Source: an uncultured Eubacteriales bacterium
GTDB lineage: Bacteria; Bacillota; Clostridia; Christensenellales; CAG-917
Reading direction: 5' to 3'
Assembly: GCA_900551145.1 (NCBI GenBank)
Contig: URUQ01000002.1
Location: 1-39,902 of the forward strand
DNA length: 39,902 nt
The translations under genes and the position numbers were made by a program. Positions within the stretch are counted from its first letter, which is position 1, and every line of letters starts with the position of its first letter. This document shows positions 35,722 to 39,902 of the stretch, piece after piece. The notes below the pieces were generated by a model. The model made no database searches, was not told the DNA's origin, and saw only the letters and a program-made list of their open reading frames with translations.

Positions 35722-35744
35722 ATTTGGTACAATGAATACCAAAT
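35722..35744. promoter_or_regulatory. Perfect 8-bp inverted repeat at the predicted transcription start (operator or 5'-UTR hairpin)
   Basis: ATTTGGTA-CAATGAA-TACCAAAT begins about 7 nt after the -10 hexamer. Confidence 0.4.
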
Positions 35745-35781
35745 GGGTGGCATATGGGAATAATTTTTGGAGGGATTTATT

Positions 35782-36414
35782 ATGCACGATTTTTGTTATG
35801 TAACAAAGAAAGAAGCTGCACCGAAAAAAGCAGAATTAGAAAATATTATTCACGAGGTGCAAAACATAGTAAAAGATTGCTTTACGTTCAAATACACATT
35901 TGTAGGTAGTTCAAGTAGGAATATGATTACTTATGACAGAAAATCAAACGTTGGCTTTGATTTTGACGTAAATATAGAAGTAAATGACGATGATGAACGA
36001 TACACGCCAGGGGAGATTAAAACAATTATGCGAGATTCGATAAATAGAATCGCCTGGCGATATGGGTATGATTATTGTGAAGACTCAACCCGTGTGTTAA
36101 CTATAAAAGTCAAGGATAGATTGAGATCCAAAATCGAATATAGCTGTGATTTTGCTATTGTCTATAATTGCAAAGATGGTAGGCAACAGTATATTCGATT
36201 CAATAAGAATGATCAAACTTACACTTGGGCGTTTCAAGGGAAAGGTTTTGAAGAATTGCCGGATAAAATCGATTGGTTAAATAAAAACGGATACTGGGGA
36301 CACTTGCGAGATTATTACATAGAAAAGAAAAATGGGAACACAAATCCGCAAAAACACTCACGCTCTCTGTATGCCGAGGCAATAAACGAGATGTGCCAAA
36401 AGTTAGGATATTAA
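35782..36414 (+). CDS. Orphan Pol-beta-fold nucleotidyltransferase (210 aa), family unassigned; SMODS/CD-NTase-like or minimal NTase are candidates
   Basis: ATG 35782 follows GGAGGG. The string FVG42S43SSRNMIT...GFD60FD62VNI...YSCD123FAIVY matches the h-G-S...D-x-D...D pattern of the Pol-beta NTase superfamily (codons 35905-35910, 35959-35967, 36148-36150). The gene is much more AT-rich than its neighbours and has its own promoter and terminator. Confidence 0.55.
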   Translation: MHDFCYVTKKEAAPKKAELENIIHEVQNIVKDCFTFKYTFVGSSSRNMITYDRKSNVGFDFDVNIEVNDDDERYTPGEIKTIMRDSINRIAWRYGYDYCEDSTRVLTIKVKDRLRSKIEYSCDFAIVYNCKDGRQQYIRFNKNDQTYTWAFQGKGFEELPDKIDWLNKNGYWGHLRDYYIEKKNGNTNPQKHSRSLYAEAINEMCQKLGY

Positions 36415-36424
36415 AAGAATATGA

Positions 36425-36461
36425 AACGCCACGCATAACGCGTGGCGTTTATATTTTTTTC
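36425..36461 (+). terminator. Intrinsic terminator after the nucleotidyltransferase gene
   Basis: AAACGCCACGC-ATAAC-GCGTGGCGTTT forms a perfect 11-bp stem followed by ATATTTTTTT. Confidence 0.85.
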
Positions 36462-36483
36462 ACGCGGGCGGGCGTATGCGTTG

Positions 36484-36512
36484 TTGACTATACGGCGGTG
36501 CGATTGTATAAT
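36484..36512 (+). promoter_or_regulatory. Near-consensus promoter of the mscS-family gene (TTGACT-17 nt-TATAAT)
   Basis: TTGACT is at 36484-36489 and TATAAT at 36507-36512, with a 17-nt spacer. Confidence 0.6.
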
Positions 36513-36571
36513 ATGCTCGATTTGGCGATACTTATATCGCATATATCGCAATTTTACATCAGAGGTGTATT

Positions 36572-37405
36572 ATGGATTTGCAACAAGTGTGGCAAACCGT
36601 GCAAAACTGGCTCACCACGACGGGCATCAAAGTCGTTATCTCTATCGTGATAATGATAGTTTCTTTCTCGATTATCAATTGGCTCAGCAAGAAGATTGCA
36701 AAGCGCGCAGACAAGAAGGTCGAGAGCAACAAGAAGATTGACAAAACCATTTACAGAACGCTCAGTTACGTCGCAAAAGTCGGCTTGAAAGTGTTGGTGG
36801 TCATCGCACTTATCGGCTATGTCGGCATCGATACTAGCGCAATCACGGCGCTCATCGCATCTCTCGGCGTCGGTGTCGGTCTTGCAATCAACGGCACGCT
36901 TTCCAACCTCGCGGGAGGAATACTCATCCTCATCACAAGGCCTTTCAAAGACGACGATTACATCGATGCGTGCGGATATTCGGGCACGGTGGAAGATATC
37001 CGTATATGCCACACCAAGCTCCGTACCACGGACAACAAGGTGATATATTTGCCCAACGGAAAACTCTCGACGAGCGAGATTGTCAACTACTCGGAGAAGG
37101 ACTTGCGCCGTGTGGACTTGACTTTCTCCATATCCTATTCGGACGATTTCGAGAAAGCAAAGAAGGTCATCGAGGAAGTGTGGAATCAAAACGAACTTAT
37201 CCTCAAAGACCCCGCGCCGAGCGTGAGAGTGTCTGCACAATCTGCAAGCAGTATAGACTTGACGGCAAAAGTGTGGTGCAAAAACGAGGACTATTGGACG
37301 GTCAATTTCGATATGCTCGAACAAGTCAAGACGGCGTTTGACCAAAACGGAATACAAATTCCGTTCAACCAACTCGACGTGCATATCAAAAATCAAGACG
37401 CTTGA
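36572..37405 (+). CDS. mscS: MscS-family mechanosensitive ion channel
   Basis: Three N-terminal TM helices. The pore-helix/beta-domain junction LSNLAGGILILITRPFKDDDYI is typical of the MscS family. 277 aa. The 355-aa opposite-strand ORF is rejected as a shadow. Confidence 0.85.
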   Translation: MDLQQVWQTVQNWLTTTGIKVVISIVIMIVSFSIINWLSKKIAKRADKKVESNKKIDKTIYRTLSYVAKVGLKVLVVIALIGYVGIDTSAITALIASLGVGVGLAINGTLSNLAGGILILITRPFKDDDYIDACGYSGTVEDIRICHTKLRTTDNKVIYLPNGKLSTSEIVNYSEKDLRRVDLTFSISYSDDFEKAKKVIEEVWNQNELILKDPAPSVRVSAQSASSIDLTAKVWCKNEDYWTVNFDMLEQVKTAFDQNGIQIPFNQLDVHIKNQDA

Positions 37406-37529
37406 TAAAGATTGTGTCAATCTCGTTTTGTGGGTGGTATAATATAGAATATGAAAACGAAAGAGGGCGTAGTCCCGATTTTCGAGATGTAACAACGAAA
37501 GTCGGCAAAATACGCAAAGTAGGCAGTTT

Positions 37530-38423
37530 ATGGACAAGAAATTGCAAGATAAAGTAGATGTTTTGGCAAAAACGATAGGCAACACTCCCATTATCGATAT
37601 GGGAGATGACGTATATGGCAAGCTCGAAGGCGAGAACCCCGCAGGCTCGATTAAGGATAGGGCGGCGTTTTATATGATTATGCGCGCACTCGAAAAGGGT
37701 GATTTGCAAGAGAGCGGAACCGTAGTCGAAGCAACGAGCGGAAACACGGGCATAGGTCTAGCGTACGTTGCAAGAGAGCTCGGTCTTAACGCCGTTATGG
37801 TTATGCCCGAGAGCATGAGTAAAGAGCGCAGAGATATGATATCCGCATATGGAGCAACTCTCGTTTTGACGCCTGCAAGCGAGGGCATGAAGGGCGCGGT
37901 CGAAAAAGCAAAAGAACTACAAAAAGGCGGAGCATGGCTTGCAAATCAATTCGGCAACTACGCAAGCGTCGAGGCGCACTATTATACGACTGCACCCGAG
38001 ATTTTCTCGGTTTTGCCGGACGTAAAATACGTTGTTGCGGGCGTAGGCAGTGGCGGCACGGTTATGGGTGTCAAGAAGTATATCGATGACAACGGCATAG
38101 ATTGTAAGGTCATTGCCGTAGAACCCGAGTCCAGTCCGCTTTTGTCCAAAGGCTATGCGGGCGCGCACAAGATACAAGGCATCGGCGCAAACTTCATCCC
38201 CGCAATCGTAAACGTAAGCAAACTGGACGAAATCCGCACCGCGTCAAACGAAGAAGCAATTGCCACCGCAAAGGAAATATATCAAAAAACGGGCAAAAAA
38301 TGCGGTATTTCTTCGGGTGCGGCGTACGCCGTCGCAAAGCGCGTGAGAAAAGAGTACGACGGAAAAATCGTCGTCGTTCTCCCCGACAACGGGGACAGAT
38401 ATCCTGCGGATTTGTACGAATAA
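37530..38423 (+). CDS. cysK: Cysteine synthase A (O-acetylserine sulfhydrylase)
   Basis: PLP-lysine motif NPAGSIKDRAA, plus TSGNTGIGLA and GVGSGGTVMG. 297 aa. Confidence 0.9.
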   Translation: MDKKLQDKVDVLAKTIGNTPIIDMGDDVYGKLEGENPAGSIKDRAAFYMIMRALEKGDLQESGTVVEATSGNTGIGLAYVARELGLNAVMVMPESMSKERRDMISAYGATLVLTPASEGMKGAVEKAKELQKGGAWLANQFGNYASVEAHYYTTAPEIFSVLPDVKYVVAGVGSGGTVMGVKKYIDDNGIDCKVIAVEPESSPLLSKGYAGAHKIQGIGANFIPAIVNVSKLDEIRTASNEEAIATAKEIYQKTGKKCGISSGAAYAVAKRVRKEYDGKIVVVLPDNGDRYPADLYE

Positions 38424-38477
38424 CGTTGATTTTTTGGGAAAGAGCGTGCTATGCTCGATATATAGGAGGATTGAAGT

Positions 38478-39086
38478 ATGGATTTTCAAAGATATAACGA
38501 CGGAGTAGGCTTGATTGCTCAAAACAAGTTTCAATCGGCAATCCCGACGTGTCCGCTTTGCTCGGAGCGCGTGGACTGGGAAATTGCTTTTGATTTTTCG
38601 GGCAATCTTATCTGCATTTTGGCAAAATGTCCCAATTGCGGTGGCGTAATCAAAACCATTTTCGACTTTACCAATGAGCCGATATCCACGTTTTCCGTAT
38701 CTCAAATCGGCGCACAAAACGTAAGCAATCTTATTGAGAAAACCAAGTATTATATTGCAACGCCCAATCAATATGGCAGGGTGGGCTCAAGCTCGTATTA
38801 CGGTGCACCGCAAAACGATGCGTACAATGCGCAACCCGAGCAAAAGGACGAAAGTGATCCCGTCGGTTGGGGCTTCCTCGGTTTTTTAATTCCGATAGTC
38901 GGATTTATCCTCTGGCTCGTGTGGAAGAACGATTATCCCAAACGCGCCCGTGCGTCGGGTATCGGTTGCCTCGTGGCTGTAGTTCTCGGAGTGGTTGGAA
39001 CGATACTTTCTTACATAATAGTTATTTTGGCAATGGGCAGCGTTGCTGCTGTTGCATCTGTCGCACAAATGCTGTTATTGCTATAA
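38478..39086 (+). CDS. Zinc-ribbon protein with C-terminal two-TM domain, unknown function
   Basis: GGAGGA SD. The CPLC...(26 aa)...CPNC pair lies at the N-terminus. A low-complexity linker (YYGAPQNDAYNAQPEQ) follows. The TM segments are GFLGFLIPIVGFILWLVW and GIGCLVAVVLGVVGTILSYIIVILAM. Confidence 0.6.
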   Translation: MDFQRYNDGVGLIAQNKFQSAIPTCPLCSERVDWEIAFDFSGNLICILAKCPNCGGVIKTIFDFTNEPISTFSVSQIGAQNVSNLIEKTKYYIATPNQYGRVGSSSYYGAPQNDAYNAQPEQKDESDPVGWGFLGFLIPIVGFILWLVWKNDYPKRARASGIGCLVAVVLGVVGTILSYIIVILAMGSVAAVASVAQMLLLL

Positions 39087-39125
39087 CAAAGCGTTTATCC
39101 GTACGAAACTATATGATAAAACGTC

Positions 39126-39152
39126 AAAAACGAAGGATTCACCTTCGTTTTT
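39126..39152 (+). terminator. Intrinsic terminator after the zinc-ribbon gene
   Basis: AAAAACGAAGG-ATTCA-CCTTCGTTTTT. Confidence 0.8.
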
Positions 39153-39197
39153 CTATATGCTGAAGATTGTACCAATAGGGGGAATTTAATATTGCTA

Positions 39198-39227
39198 TTG
39201 ACATACCGCGTCGATTTTTCGTATAAT
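39198..39227 (+). promoter_or_regulatory. Putative promoter of the last lipoprotein gene (TTGACA-18 nt-TATAAT)
   Basis: TTGACA is at 39198-39203 and TATAAT at 39222-39227. The -10 overlaps the ORF-track start at 39226, which is therefore rejected. Confidence 0.5.
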
Positions 39228-39258
39228 GAAATCACCAAAAACTATTACGGGGGATAAT

Positions 39259-39852
39259 ATGAACAAAAAGAAAATTTTTTTCGCAATCGTAGCGGTATTG
39301 ATTTTAAGTTTTTCTTGCCTTGCATTTACCGCTTGCAACAAGACGAGTGACATTTACGACTTCGGCAAACAACTCAAAGACGCACAAAGCGGTGAAATCG
39401 TTACGTCGGTAGGATTTTTCGGTGTGGAAATGACCAATACCCTCAAGTATGATGGCAATAAAATGTGGAATAGTGCCGTTTTAACGTCTAGCGAGACTTA
39501 TTTTGAGACGATAGGAACTAAAACTTACGCTTATACGCAAGACTCCAATGGCGTATGGCAAAAGACGGAAGTTTCTGATGAGGTCGATACGCCCCAAGGC
39601 TCGGACGAGCTTGAAAACTTTTTTGACGGAAGCAAATATAAGTATTCACTCAAAGAAAAGGCTTTCGTCCCCAAAAAAGGCGAAACGATTGGTAACGACA
39701 ATATGACCGTCGTATCTATGACGATTGAAGACGGCGTTTGCACGATGAAAGTCAAGGTAATAGCAGAAGGTGTGTCTATGGGTGCAACCGTCGTTATCAA
39801 AAACCTCAACAACGTGCAAATCACTTTGCCAGCCGTCGGCAGTTCTCTGTGA
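39259..39852 (+). CDS. Small lipoprotein, unknown function (197 aa)
   Basis: ATG 39259 follows GGGGGA. Signal peptide MNKKKIFFAIVAVLILSFSCLAFTAC with lipobox FTAC. The stop TGA at 39850-39852 is 1 nt from the adapter junction, so the C-terminus is provisional. Confidence 0.65.
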   Translation: MNKKKIFFAIVAVLILSFSCLAFTACNKTSDIYDFGKQLKDAQSGEIVTSVGFFGVEMTNTLKYDGNKMWNSAVLTSSETYFETIGTKTYAYTQDSNGVWQKTEVSDEVDTPQGSDELENFFDGSKYKYSLKEKAFVPKKGETIGNDNMTVVSMTIEDGVCTMKVKVIAEGVSMGATVVIKNLNNVQITLPAVGSSL

Positions 39853-39853
39853 T

Positions 39854-39902
39854 CTGTCTCTTATACACATCTGACGCTGCCGACGAATTAGACGGTGTAG
39901 AT
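39854..39902. other. Illumina Nextera adapter remnant (P5 side, reverse complement: mosaic end/read-1 adapter + 8-nt index + start of P5 arm)
   Basis: nt 39854-39886 match CTGTCTCTTATACACATCTGACGCTGCCGACGA exactly. nt 39887-39894 are ATTAGACG, in the index slot. nt 39895-39902 are GTGTAGAT. Confidence 0.95.

Noticed and set aside
35593-36560. tRNA-adjacent islet considered as an integrative element or prophage remnant.
   Set aside because: I found no integrase or recombinase ORF in any frame. I found no direct repeat of the tRNA 3' end (GGTTCGAATCCGTTTGGGTGCACCA) downstream. The inserted segment is under 1 kb. It may be a remnant, but that cannot be shown from this window.
35782-37405. Nucleotidyltransferase plus MscS-family channel considered as a two-gene CBASS-like (NTase plus membrane effector) operon.
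   Set aside because: A strong terminator (36425-36461) and a consensus promoter (36484-36512) separate the two genes. The mscS gene has host-like G+C whereas the NTase gene is AT-rich. MscS is a common housekeeping gene. The adjacency is best explained by insertion of the islet between tRNA-Arg and mscS.
37406-37529. GGGTGGTA upstream of cysK considered as a T-box riboswitch core.
   Set aside because: The leader is only ~120 nt. The motif lacks the following ACCGCG, and no specifier-loop or stem I elements can be drawn. GGTATAAT there is more simply a -10 promoter element.
39646-39870. Minus-strand 74-aa ORF beginning MCIRDRSQ...
   Set aside because: Its start codon and first residues are encoded by the Nextera mosaic-end adapter (39854-39872). 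It is a known adapter-translation artefact and is antisense to the lipoprotein gene.

Overview
This is a 39,902-nt contig of roughly 45-50% G+C by eye. It uses the standard genetic code: all large ORFs are intact. Gene content and the many lipobox signal peptides suggest an uncultured monoderm bacterium, probably Bacillota-like, but that taxonomy is inference only. Both termini are Illumina Nextera adapter sequence including the index barcodes, so the contig ends are library artefacts. Region 55-24165 (about 60% of the window) is a same-strand run of six genes that all open with lipoprotein signal peptides. The first encodes a 2528-aa S8 subtilase / PA / Big_2 / BspA-type LRR protein with an extra C-terminal TM helix. 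It is followed by 184-, 787-, 904-, 1463- and 1996-aa lipoproteins; the last carries Cys/His mini-domains, Listeria-Bacteroides-type repeats and a triplicated ~250-aa module. The right 15 kb is mostly housekeeping: a ttcA-like PP-loop ATPase (minus strand), a COG2426-type membrane protein, fba, gap, an Fe-type alcohol dehydrogenase, an asymmetric heterodimeric ABC exporter pair, a DAG-kinase-family lipid kinase, tRNA-Arg(CCG), an MscS-family channel, cysK, a zinc-ribbon/2-TM protein and a small lipoprotein. Four things are not explained by ordinary annotation. (i) A ~0.9-kb AT-rich single-gene islet directly 3' of tRNA-Arg encodes an orphan 210-aa Pol-beta-fold nucleotidyltransferase (GS...DxD...D) with its own consensus promoter, operator-like palindrome and terminator. 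(ii) A ~123-nt imperfect-palindrome element sits immediately after the stop codons of both fba and gap, with compensatory arm substitutions between the two copies. (iii) A ~780-nt ORF-poor spacer between fba and gap holds two ~45-nt direct repeats and an orphan intrinsic terminator, making it a candidate sRNA/sORF locus. (iv) The giant-lipoprotein locus itself. No CRISPR array, rRNA, transposase or integrase was seen.
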